Below are positions 1-6,932 of a stretch of 62,803 nucleotides of DNA, piece after piece. Origin of the DNA: a virus (Duplodnaviria; Caudoviricetes). The notes beneath the pieces are model-generated. The model saw only the letters and a program-made list of their open reading frames with translations. It searched no databases and was not told the origin of the DNA. Position 1 is the stretch's first letter, and every line of letters starts with the position of its first letter. The stretch lies in IMG/VR virus record IMGVR_UViG_3300030106_006483, positions 1-62,803 of that record; one strand, given 5' to 3'. The translations under genes and the position numbers were made by a program.

Positions 1-1
1 C

Positions 2-99
2 ATGCCTCGCGCTATTCCCTGTACGTCAAGCTGTGACCCCCGCTATGGTAGGGGTAGCCTCGGAGCCTTTGCTCTCCTAGTAGTAAGTGCACTGAACCT
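2..99. repeat. 98-bp terminal direct repeat (left copy); assembly overlap of a circular contig
   Basis: 2-99 is identical to 62706-62803; base 1 (c) differs from 62705 (a). Confidence 0.95.
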
Positions 100-111
100 A
101 GGAGGGTTAGT

Positions 112-195
112 ATGATTTGGAGTGTACTAATTGTAATAGGTATTTATGTGGTGATTGTAGGAATGCTAATAATGTGGAACAATGAAACTCGTTAA
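112..195 (+). CDS. 27-aa hydrophobic membrane peptide (not in ORF track)
   Basis: MIWSVLIVIGIYVVIVGMLIMWNNETR; GGAGG at 101-105; stop overlaps start of def. Confidence 0.6.
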   Translation: MIWSVLIVIGIYVVIVGMLIMWNNETR

Positions 196-622
196 ACATC
201 CAGATACATTTTTAAGAGGACCAACAGAAGAAATAAGTTTTCCTCTGACTGAAGAAAATAAAATTATTATTAAAAATATGATTAATTTAATGTATCAAGA
301 AAGAGGTATTGGTTTAGCTGCTAATCAAGCAGGATATAATCGAAAGATATTCGTAATGGATGTAAGTAATGAAAAGGATAGTCCACAAGTGTTTATTAAT
401 CCTGTCATTACTGCTAAAAATAATATTAAAATGGGAGATATGGAAGGTTGTTTATCTTGTCCTGGTATAACGGTTAAAATTCCTAGATCTTTATCTGTTA
501 ATTTAAAATGGATATGTGAGCATGGTAAGGAGCAACATAAAACATTCTATCATTTGCCAGGAAGAGTAGTGCAACATGAGATGGATCACCTCAATGGAAA
601 GTTAATTATAGATGAAGTATAA
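182..622 (+). CDS. def: peptide deformylase
   Basis: three PDF motifs GIGLAANQ, EGCLS, HEMDH. Confidence 0.95.
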   Translation: MKLVKHPDTFLRGPTEEISFPLTEENKIIIKNMINLMYQERGIGLAANQAGYNRKIFVMDVSNEKDSPQVFINPVITAKNNIKMGDMEGCLSCPGITVKIPRSLSVNLKWICEHGKEQHKTFYHLPGRVVQHEMDHLNGKLIIDEV

Positions 623-794
623 ATTTACAATAACCGAAGATGGAAAAGAAAAAGAAGAAAAGGAAGGAATGTCTTTTAAAAAAATTTTAAAATCTTTAGT
701 AACCCCTAACCCTAAGTGGAGTGGTTCTATTGAATATAGAAATAAAAAAAGTAGAGAGATGTTTCATAAAATATTAAATGGTAAGAAAGTATAA
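612..794 (+). CDS. hypothetical protein
   Basis: overlapping-operon arrangement. Confidence 0.6.
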   Translation: MKYKFTITEDGKEKEEKEGMSFKKILKSLVTPNPKWSGSIEYRNKKSREMFHKILNGKKV

Positions 795-1266
795 ATATTC
801 CAAAGCTGATCATGCATATATTAATTCTGAAAAAGGATTTGTGAACGCTGTAATTGGTAGAATTTATAGACCTTCTGCTTTAAAAAAGAGAAAAGGGAGA
901 AAGGTAACCTGGGCTCCAGCTATTACCCGCGAGGAGATGTGGGCTGAATTGTTTTTACATGTTCAAGAAATGAAGGACCAGTACCCAGAGACAAATGGTA
1001 GAATTTGTGAATATTGTAAGAAGCCGTGGACTTACAGCAGGCGACCAGGAACTAGGGGCTTAGGAATACAACCTAGAGGACCTAATACTCCTACAAATTT
1101 TTCTATTGATAGATTAGATACAACTAAAACTTACGAACGAGGTAACTTAGTTTTTTGTTGTTCTGGTTGTAATAATAGAAAGAATCAAGTGAGACTTGAG
1201 GATATAATAAATATTATAAGAGTATGGACAAAAAGACAGCTAGATGAAACAGAAAAAATTGATTGA
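778..1266 (+). CDS. HNH-like (His-Me finger) endonuclease
   Basis: CEYC ... SIDRLD ... YERGNLVFCCSGCNNRK. Confidence 0.75.
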   Translation: MVRKYKYSKADHAYINSEKGFVNAVIGRIYRPSALKKRKGRKVTWAPAITREEMWAELFLHVQEMKDQYPETNGRICEYCKKPWTYSRRPGTRGLGIQPRGPNTPTNFSIDRLDTTKTYERGNLVFCCSGCNNRKNQVRLEDIINIIRVWTKRQLDETEKID

Positions 1267-1402
1267 ACTACCTAAGTTGAAACAAGACATAATTAAATCT
1301 TTATATACTAAATATAATAAATTTAATGATTTAGTAGATACAATTTTAGATAGAAAAAGAAAGGAGCAGAATGACAAAGGAAAAGACAAAAGACAAGGGT
1401 AG
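1244..1402 (+). CDS. small hypothetical protein (not in ORF track)
   Basis: MKQKKLIELPKLKQDIIKSLY...; fills the operon gap. Confidence 0.4.
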   Translation: MKQKKLIELPKLKQDIIKSLYTKYNKFNDLVDTILDRKRKEQNDKGKDKRQG

Positions 1403-1544
1403 AAAATGGGATGGGAGATCACGGATTCCTACTAAAAAATACAAAGAAAATTATGACCGGATTTTTAAAAAGAAGAAAAAAATAAATGGCTATTATTATG
1501 ATTATGATGGAAAAGAGACAATTCTCTATGAGGATGAAAGGTAG
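1371..1544 (+). CDS. small basic hypothetical protein (not in ORF track)
   Basis: MTKEKTKDKGRKWDGRSRIPTKKYKENYDRIF...; AAGGAG upstream. Confidence 0.65.
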   Translation: MTKEKTKDKGRKWDGRSRIPTKKYKENYDRIFKKKKKINGYYYDYDGKETILYEDER

Positions 1545-1550
1545 TTTAGA

Positions 1551-2249
1551 ATGACTCTAAAGTGGAATAAACTGTATCATTACCCAGCGTCAACGCGTAC
1601 TACAACTGATGGTTTAAGAACTTATGATATTGGTAAACAAAAGTTACCTAGTGTTACAAGTATCTTAGGAAATACTAAGTCAAAAGAGGCTGAAGAATCT
1701 TTAGCCCGGTGGCAGGCGAAAGTAGGCGAGAATGAGGCAACTAGGATCAAGGAACTAGCGGCTTCGCGCGGGACCAACATGCACAAGCACTTGGAAAAAT
1801 ATATTTTAGGAGAAGGTCATTTAGATTTAACGCCCGAAGGCAAAATTGCAAACGACATGGCGACCACGATAATTGATAAAGGATTCAATGATTTACAAGA
1901 AATTTGGGGATCAGAAGTTACTTTACATTATCCAGATTTGTACGCCGGAGCTACAGACTTAGTTGGAGTATACGACTATGAAGATAGTATAATAGATTTT
2001 AAACAATCCAATAAACCAAAGCGTAAAGAATGGATAGATGATTACTTTATGCAACTAGGAGCCTATGCTATGGCCCATAACCATATCTATAGGACAGAGA
2101 TAACTCAAGGTGTTATACTGATGTGCACCCCAGACTGTTACTTTCAAAAGTTTCAAATAAAAGGTCGTGAGTTTATTAAATATCAACATCGGTTTTTAGA
2201 AAGGGTCAATAAGTATTATGAACAAATATCTAATACAGAAAGCAATTAA
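1551..2249 (+). CDS. PD-(D/E)XK exonuclease (MGME1/Cas4-like fold)
   Basis: PSVTSIL, RGTNMH, YAGATDLV, IIDFKQS, QLGAYA motifs. Confidence 0.85.
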   Translation: MTLKWNKLYHYPASTRTTTDGLRTYDIGKQKLPSVTSILGNTKSKEAEESLARWQAKVGENEATRIKELAASRGTNMHKHLEKYILGEGHLDLTPEGKIANDMATTIIDKGFNDLQEIWGSEVTLHYPDLYAGATDLVGVYDYEDSIIDFKQSNKPKRKEWIDDYFMQLGAYAMAHNHIYRTEITQGVILMCTPDCYFQKFQIKGREFIKYQHRFLERVNKYYEQISNTESN

Positions 2250-2466
2250 GAGAGAAATTTCTCAGATGTGGGAAGTAGAAAAAAATCTTAATAAACTTTT
2301 AAGTGTTGAAACAGAAGGTGTTCCTGAAGAAAGGTTGGATGGACTATTTACTAGAATCAGTCAACATTTGAACACAATTGCTTCAGCTCAAGATAGAATT
2401 ATCCTCATTCAAGCAATGGCTGAAGAGTGTGGCATAAATGTCACAGATGAAAATCAAGGAAAATAG
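2218..2466 (+). CDS. hypothetical helical protein
   Basis: ORF track; overlaps exonuclease end. Confidence 0.55.
   Translation: MNKYLIQKAIKREISQMWEVEKNLNKLLSVETEGVPEERLDGLFTRISQHLNTIASAQDRIILIQAMAEECGINVTDENQGK
2428..2445. promoter_or_regulatory. 18-bp imperfect palindrome, candidate operator
   Basis: TGTGGCATAAATGTCACA; reverse complement matches 61482-61499 at 16/18. Confidence 0.45.
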
Positions 2467-2472
2467 CGGTTC

Positions 2473-2558
2473 ATCACCTCCCTATAGGTTTTCTGAGAAT
2501 ACAAAATTACAAAATCAGCACTTTAAAAATAGAGGTGATCAGGTGTTGAGGTGATCAG
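2473..2558. repeat. iteron-like 8-mers, candidate replication origin
   Basis: ATCACCTC (2473-2480) inverted relative to tandem GAGGTGAT-CAGGTGTT-GAGGTGAT (2532-2555); AT-rich spacer; non-coding gap. Confidence 0.45.
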
Positions 2559-2656
2559 CAAGGAATACCAATGGTTTTAGAGAGTATAGGGGTCGCGCGG
2601 TACTTTTGGGTACCTAAATCTAGAAAAAATTCTAGAAAATGTTATAGGGTTAAGAT

Positions 2657-2821
2657 ATGATAGGCCGAAATAAATATTGGACAGGACCATCTCCGTGGAT
2701 GGAAGAGTTTAATAAGAAGCATAACCCCGAGATTTACCATGGCAAGAAAAAAACCAAGAAGAAGAAAACAAGTCGTCCCAAGTCAACCGAACGATATCCC
2801 GTATTCAAAGTACAGGATTGA
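2657..2821 (+). CDS. small basic hypothetical protein (not in ORF track)
   Basis: MIGRNKYWTGPSPWMEEFNKKHNP... Confidence 0.4.
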   Translation: MIGRNKYWTGPSPWMEEFNKKHNPEIYHGKKKTKKKKTSRPKSTERYPVFKVQD

Positions 2822-3044
2822 GTGGGTGGATGCGTTCAGTGATTCAGGCTGGGCCGATGATAGAGAGTTTACTAAAATGAAATTAGCTAAACCTATTAAT
2901 GAAGGTTGGGTGTTTTCAAAAGATGATGACTCAATTAAAATTTTTGCTTCTTATGATTTAGATCCTGCTACAAAAGAAATTACTTTTGGAGATCGTACTA
3001 TGATTCCTAGATCGTGGGTTACTAAAATGGTTAAATTAAGTTAA
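2739..3044 (+). CDS. conserved phage hypothetical protein
   Basis: IEWVDA.SDSGW ... GWV ... IPRSWV pattern common in phage proteins. Confidence 0.7.
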   Translation: MARKKPRRRKQVVPSQPNDIPYSKYRIEWVDAFSDSGWADDREFTKMKLAKPINEGWVFSKDDDSIKIFASYDLDPATKEITFGDRTMIPRSWVTKMVKLS

Positions 3045-3566
3045 CGGAAGCTTTGGTTTTACGTCTTCAGGCTTTACCCCTTTTGGTGGGTCCTTCTTTA
3101 CTAACATTACAGCGTTGTCATCAGTTATTTGGTCAATACGCTTATCTAATTCCTGTTCTGATAAGTCTTCTAATTTCCCGGTTCTAACTATTTTTTGTTC
3201 TACATATAATCCACCAACATGTCCTCTTGCTTTCTCAGCAATGGTAGCTGCAGAAAAAGATTTTGCTTTGATGGCTTCATCTCTAATTCTACCTAGTTCA
3301 GTTAGGTGACCTCCATAAGATACACCATATTTTTTATTACGTTCTTCCCTTAGTAGTCCAATGTATTTATGTACTTCAGGAGATAGTTTAGGGTGTTGTA
3401 GTTCATATGCCTCTTGTCGTGCTCTATTCTTACTGTATCCAGCTTCAATGGCACATTCATAAGCATACTTACGTCCTTCAAAAAATACCAATAGTTCGGC
3501 AAACTTTGCCTGCATAGGTGTAAGTCGTGGTGCGGGTCCTCGTTTTTTCTTCACAATTTCCGTCAT
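3036..3566 (-). CDS. terS: terminase small subunit-like protein
   Basis: LTPMQAKFAELLV...AIEAGYS HTH-type N-terminus, C-terminal LEDLSEQELD; ATG at 3566 preferred over TTG at 3575. Confidence 0.7.
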   Translation of the reverse strand: MTEIVKKKRGPAPRLTPMQAKFAELLVFFEGRKYAYECAIEAGYSKNRARQEAYELQHPKLSPEVHKYIGLLREERNKKYGVSYGGHLTELGRIRDEAIKAKSFSAATIAEKARGHVGGLYVEQKIVRTGKLEDLSEQELDKRIDQITDDNAVMLVKKDPPKGVKPEDVKPKLPLT

Positions 3567-3568
3567 AG

Positions 3569-3602
3569 TTGACAATATAAATAGATTATCTTATAAAGTC
3601 AA
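3569..3602. promoter_or_regulatory. overlapping bidirectional sigma70-type promoters
   Basis: +: TTGACA(3569-74)-17-TATAAA(3592-97); -: TTGACT(3602-3597)-17-TATATT(3579-74). Confidence 0.65.
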
Positions 3603-3604
3603 AT

Positions 3605-3871
3605 ATGAAAGATAAGCGCACATATACTAATATAAAGGAATACAACGAAGAAATGACATATGAAAATGAAGTGAAAATATCACATGATGATAGAGGATCA
3701 GGTGATTTAACTTTTCAAATAGAACAATTAACTAAACAGAAAGAATTTTTACAAGATAAATGCCGACAGGCTGGTGAGACGATTGATGGACTCAGGAAAG
3801 AATTAGATAGATTGTCGGAAGAAAACGGTAACTTAATGACATTGTTGGGAGATAAAAATGTTAAAGGGTAG
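3605..3871 (+). CDS. coiled-coil hypothetical protein
   Basis: heptad-like C-terminal half. Confidence 0.65.
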   Translation: MKDKRTYTNIKEYNEEMTYENEVKISHDDRGSGDLTFQIEQLTKQKEFLQDKCRQAGETIDGLRKELDRLSEENGNLMTLLGDKNVKG

Positions 3872-4094
3872 AGATCTTATTATGATCTTCGAGAGATTCG
3901 TAGGTCCTAAACAGAAAGCAAGTGTTACTCAAGATGCTCGAGTTCAAGTTCGTACGCCGGATGGGCGACATTATGACATCAAAGGTGTAGATTTAGTTGA
4001 AAATAAATTAATTGGTGCTAGAGAGACTCACAGGATTGTAATCTCTACGCACGAAGAAGTCGCTAAAATGGGTAAACCTAAGCTCATTGTGTAA
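3858..4094 (+). CDS. hypothetical protein
   Basis: GGGAG upstream; overlap with previous gene. Confidence 0.65.
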   Translation: MLKGRDLIMIFERFVGPKQKASVTQDARVQVRTPDGRHYDIKGVDLVENKLIGARETHRIVISTHEEVAKMGKPKLIV

Positions 4095-4117
4095 ACATTT
4101 GTAACCTCGGTTTTTTA

Positions 4118-4486
4118 ATGCGTCCAGAAACAAAATTATGGCATGATTTTAAAAAACATACACCGCAAATTAGTTGGACTAGACTTGAAAATTCTTCTGT
4201 ATTGGGCACTCCCGATCTATTGGGTTATAATACTTTTGGTACCTTTTTTACAGTAGAGTTAAAGGTTATTTCGGGTTACAAATTACGCCTCTCCCCACAT
4301 CAAATTGCGTTTCATGTGAAACATCCACAGCACACATTTATACTTGCCTGGAAGGCCTCTCGAAGAGAGTACAAAATGTTTCCAGGCTCTAGTATCTTGA
4401 CACTAGTAAAAGATGGATTTAAGTCACCTGCTGCTTGTGACTATGGGCTTGTAGCTTGCGGGTTATATCTTCAGAATCTTCAGTAG
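4118..4486 (+). CDS. VRR-NUC / Holliday junction resolvase-like nuclease
   Basis: ETKLW, GTPDLL, TVELK, LSPHQIAFH. Confidence 0.8.
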   Translation: MRPETKLWHDFKKHTPQISWTRLENSSVLGTPDLLGYNTFGTFFTVELKVISGYKLRLSPHQIAFHVKHPQHTFILAWKASRREYKMFPGSSILTLVKDGFKSPAACDYGLVACGLYLQNLQ

Positions 4487-4610
4487 CTTGTGGCTTGCAG
4501 CTTGTAGCTGTAGTAGCTGGTGGCTTGTAGCTTGTAACTTTAGTAGCTTGTAGCTTACGTAGTTTCCGGAGCTCCGCATAATACTTAGGATGTCTCCAGA
4601 CGTGAGTCAC
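4419..4610 (-). CDS. possible small protein whose C-terminus is encoded by the repeat array
   Basis: GTG start; non-repetitive N-terminus WRHPKYYAEL. Confidence 0.35.
   Translation of the reverse strand: MTHVWRHPKYYAELRKLRKLQATKVTSYKPPATTATSCKPQATEDSEDITRKLQAHSHKQQVT
4433..4561. repeat. GCTTGnn heptamer array with 9-mer interruptions
   Basis: units GCTTGTG/GCTTGTA/GCTTGCA etc. arranged 9+7+7+7. Confidence 0.9.
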
Positions 4611-4679
4611 TTTTTAATTTTCAGGAATCTTAATAATTTACACATCTTGCAATAACATAACCAGTTATATTCGTATTGC

Positions 4680-5291
4680 TTAATGTTTCGGATAAGCCAC
4701 ATTGTTCACCCCCTTGTCCCAGCATTGTCTACAGCTGCCGCATTCATTGCCCTGATCCTGTGCCGGGCAGGTCTTGCCTGCCTGGACTACAGTCGACGTA
4801 TGAGGCCAAAAGTTAACTGGCCTCTGGTCTATCATATGCGAGGACACACGAATGATTAAATTTTTTGGTACAACCTCAGGTTGTATGCCTTTTAATATTT
4901 TTACTTCTCGCGTTGGCATCCAGTGCTGCACGGCCGGCGTGGCTGTGCATACTTCGAATATATTGTTGAGATGATCAAGCCCCTGCAGGTCACCAGAGTC
5001 ATGCCACCTAAACCATGGAACCTTCCTGCTGTACCAGGCCACCAGCGTGGTCATTGCTTCCACCCATTGTGGATGAGTTAAAGAATTCAACCTACGGGTG
5101 AGCGCGTCTTTTACATTTCTAAATCTATATCTCCCCTTCATGGCATAACAGCCGGCGCAGACTGAGCCCGCCACGGCTTGCAGCTTCACCCCTGTGATAC
5201 ACTTCCAGGCTGGCAGGTTGTAGGCGTAACCAGGCATCTTTGATGGAGCTGACAGGCCGCCGGTTATTTCTTTAGCTTCTTTTAATTTCAT
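4680..5291 (-). CDS. GP88-like (radical-SAM-related Fe-S) protein
   Basis: SKMPG, C-x13-CAGCYA, FRWHDSGD, C-terminal CPA...CGSCRQCW. Confidence 0.7.
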   Translation of the reverse strand: MKLKEAKEITGGLSAPSKMPGYAYNLPAWKCITGVKLQAVAGSVCAGCYAMKGRYRFRNVKDALTRRLNSLTHPQWVEAMTTLVAWYSRKVPWFRWHDSGDLQGLDHLNNIFEVCTATPAVQHWMPTREVKILKGIQPEVVPKNLIIRVSSHMIDQRPVNFWPHTSTVVQAGKTCPAQDQGNECGSCRQCWDKGVNNVAYPKH

Positions 5292-5332
5292 ATTTCTGTA
5301 TCCTATATAATCTTATAATACTAGTTTGTCAA

Positions 5333-5385
5333 GCTTGCAGCTTGTGGCTTCAGTAGCCTGTAGCTTGCGGCTTGTAACTTTAGAA
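5333..5385. repeat. second GCTTGnn heptamer array
   Basis: 7,7,9,7,7,7,9 units; directly upstream of minus-strand TTGACA at 5332-5327. Confidence 0.85.
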
Positions 5386-5395
5386 TCATTCTAAA
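5379..5395. promoter_or_regulatory. 17-bp palindrome, candidate operator
   Basis: TTTAGAAT-C-ATTCTAAA; second copy at 6842-6858. Confidence 0.6.
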
Positions 5396-5400
5396 CTGGC

Positions 5401-5646
5401 CTATTTAACATACTCGCGCATGCTGTAGGCTAGGCCATCAATTTGTTCCCATAACCATTCACCTGAGCTGCCCTGGTGCGGTTCCCATGCCCACTCTTCC
5501 AGATATTTATTTAATTTTTTATCAGTCCACTTGTCAAAGTCCTGAGGCAGGTGCTGCCCCAGGTAATGACCAGATGCCCATATCAAATCCTGTTTACGCT
5601 TTTTCTCTATGGATACCTGATTTTTTTTAGTTTGTTTTTTTTGCAT
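5401..5646 (-). CDS. Trp-rich hypothetical protein
   Basis: ORF track; ATG at 5646 after GGTGG; overlaps upstream gene. Confidence 0.6.
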   Translation of the reverse strand: MQKKQTKKNQVSIEKKRKQDLIWASGHYLGQHLPQDFDKWTDKKLNKYLEEWAWEPHQGSSGEWLWEQIDGLAYSMREYVK

Positions 5647-6193
5647 TTCCACCTTGTATGATTACATTGTCACCATCGAACCCGGCACCCTTCAACATGT
5701 CTCCAATTTTAGAGATCATCTTAACTTCAGCGTGCTTTTCGTGTTTGTCTTTGTATTTAATATATTCCTTGTTCATGATCACAGGCTCAAATTTAGAGTG
5801 GTACCAGATACCACCATCATAAGAGTTTTTTAATTTTTCTGTGGGAATATATTGAGATGATGATACATGCCATTGATCATTTTTAAAGATGTAAATATAT
5901 TCAATATGACAGTCACCTCTCATATTATACATGTACATCCACTCATCTCTGTAGGTTTTGGCTAGATCTTCTTCTCTGTCCCAGTCTCTTCCATAAAAGC
6001 TACATTCATTTATGGTATCTCCCAGGTAGCTGGCATCTCCATAATTAAATAGTTCTTTTGCCAAATCATATTTATTATAATGATCAACCAGGCATTTTCC
6101 TACGCCATATGGATACCCATCACTGTGAACATATATTACTTTTACTTTTTTTGTCTTTGGGTCTTCTATTGCTATATTGCTTCGTGTACTCAT
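5627..6193 (-). CDS. conserved phage early protein, MSTRS...HxDGYP family, function unknown
   Basis: MSTRSNIAI...IYVHSDGYPYGVG...EYIYIF; RBS GAAAGAGAGGA. Confidence 0.75.
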   Translation of the reverse strand: MSTRSNIAIEDPKTKKVKVIYVHSDGYPYGVGKCLVDHYNKYDLAKELFNYGDASYLGDTINECSFYGRDWDREEDLAKTYRDEWMYMYNMRGDCHIEYIYIFKNDQWHVSSSQYIPTEKLKNSYDGGIWYHSKFEPVIMNKEYIKYKDKHEKHAEVKMISKIGDMLKGAGFDGDNVIIQGGNAKKTN

Positions 6194-6214
6194 TTTTCCT
6201 CTCTTTCTATTCCT

Positions 6215-6243
6215 ATCTTATATTATATAGGATCAATTGTCAA
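6215..6243 (-). promoter_or_regulatory. sigma70-type early promoter
   Basis: TTGACA(6243-38)-17-TAAGAT(6220-15). Confidence 0.7.
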
Positions 6244-6272
6244 GTATTATTTTTAAGCTTGCCGCTTGATGC

Positions 6273-6510
6273 TTTGACCAGTAACCGCCCACTACTAGCT
6301 AACGCGGGATTCTGTTACTGATCCCAGATCCACCAGGTGCATGTAAGACATTAAAGATCTGCCTAGTGGATCAGGGATCAGGAGATGAGTATGTAGGTAC
6401 AAATTCATCTCAAGTCCTGATCCCAGACCCTACGTTGCAGTAGTTACTACAAGCTTAGCATACACAGCAGGGTCAGGGATCAGGGGGCATCTAAACAAGT
6501 AGCCCCCAGA
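6273..6510 (-). ncRNA. candidate structured RNA: alternating dual-repeat stem-loop array
   Basis: CTGATCCCAGA at 6318 and 6417, TCAGGGATCAG at 6371 and 6473; 35-45-nt unique self-complementary spacers; strand inferred from flanking genes. Confidence 0.6.
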
Positions 6511-6517
6511 ATTCTAT

Positions 6518-6763
6518 TTAAAATGGCATATCTTCAGTTATATTTACTTCTTTGCCATTCGTTTTGGTTTCAACTTCATTAGTTAAAATCAAAGCTGGGT
6601 TTTCTTGAGCTTGAGTAATAAAGAACATCACATTTTCATTCTCTTCTAAAAGACTTAAAGCTGACAAATATTGATTTGCCTCCTTAATTGTCTTTGCCCA
6701 TTTGGACACAGAATAATCTTCAGAATATTCTGTTTTATATTTTCGTATTATTAAGTATATCAT
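6518..6763 (-). CDS. hypothetical early protein
   Basis: RBS GAAAGAGGA; acidic DMPF C-terminal tip. Confidence 0.7.
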   Translation of the reverse strand: MIYLIIRKYKTEYSEDYSVSKWAKTIKEANQYLSALSLLEENENVMFFITQAQENPALILTNEVETKTNGKEVNITEDMPF

Positions 6764-6791
6764 ATATCCTCTTTCTGTCTAATTAACCCAC

Positions 6792-6820
6792 ATTATATCA
6801 GATTAACCCATAAATAGCAA
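6792..6820 (-). promoter_or_regulatory. sigma70-type early promoter (leftward)
   Basis: TTGCTA-17-TATAAT; TTAACCCA direct repeat at 6783 and 6803. Confidence 0.7.
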
Positions 6821-6841
6821 GTACCAAATTGTCGCACCTAC

Positions 6842-6858
6842 TTTAGAATTATTCTAAA
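6842..6858. promoter_or_regulatory. 17-bp palindrome between divergent promoters
   Basis: TTTAGAAT-T-ATTCTAAA. Confidence 0.6.
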
Positions 6859-6867
6859 AGAAAGTTA

Positions 6868-6896
6868 TTGACAATTATATTAATATAGTATATTAT
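6868..6896 (+). promoter_or_regulatory. sigma70-type early promoter (rightward)
   Basis: TTGACA-17-TATTAT. Confidence 0.75.
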
Positions 6897-6932
6897 CCTA
6901 TATATGCAAATAAAAAAAGAAAGAGAGGACAA

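Noticed and set aside
2-99. Biological terminal repeat
   Set aside because: Length fits a k-mer overlap and it falls inside a continuous leader; better read as circular assembly overlap
1551-2249. CRISPR adaptation Cas4
   Set aside because: No four-Cys Fe-S set and no cas1/cas2; ordinary phage exonuclease
6290-6308. First spacer resembles 16S rRNA (CCCGCG..UUAGCUAGU on minus strand)
   Set aside because: Only a short split match from memory; other spacers give no consistent rRNA match; needs a real search
6058-6321. 87-aa plus-strand ORF
   Set aside because: Antisense to a real gene and its promoter; low-complexity hydrophobic artefact
6447-6455. Spacer 9-mer CTACAAGCT complementary to the heptamer array (AGCTTGTAG at 4499-4507)
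   Set aside because: 9 nt is within chance for a 63-kb genome; not enough to claim self-targeting
6273-6510. CRISPR array or canonical TIGR-Tas call
   Set aside because: Repeats are 11 nt and alternate as near reverse complements; no cas genes; no Nop-domain protein recognised
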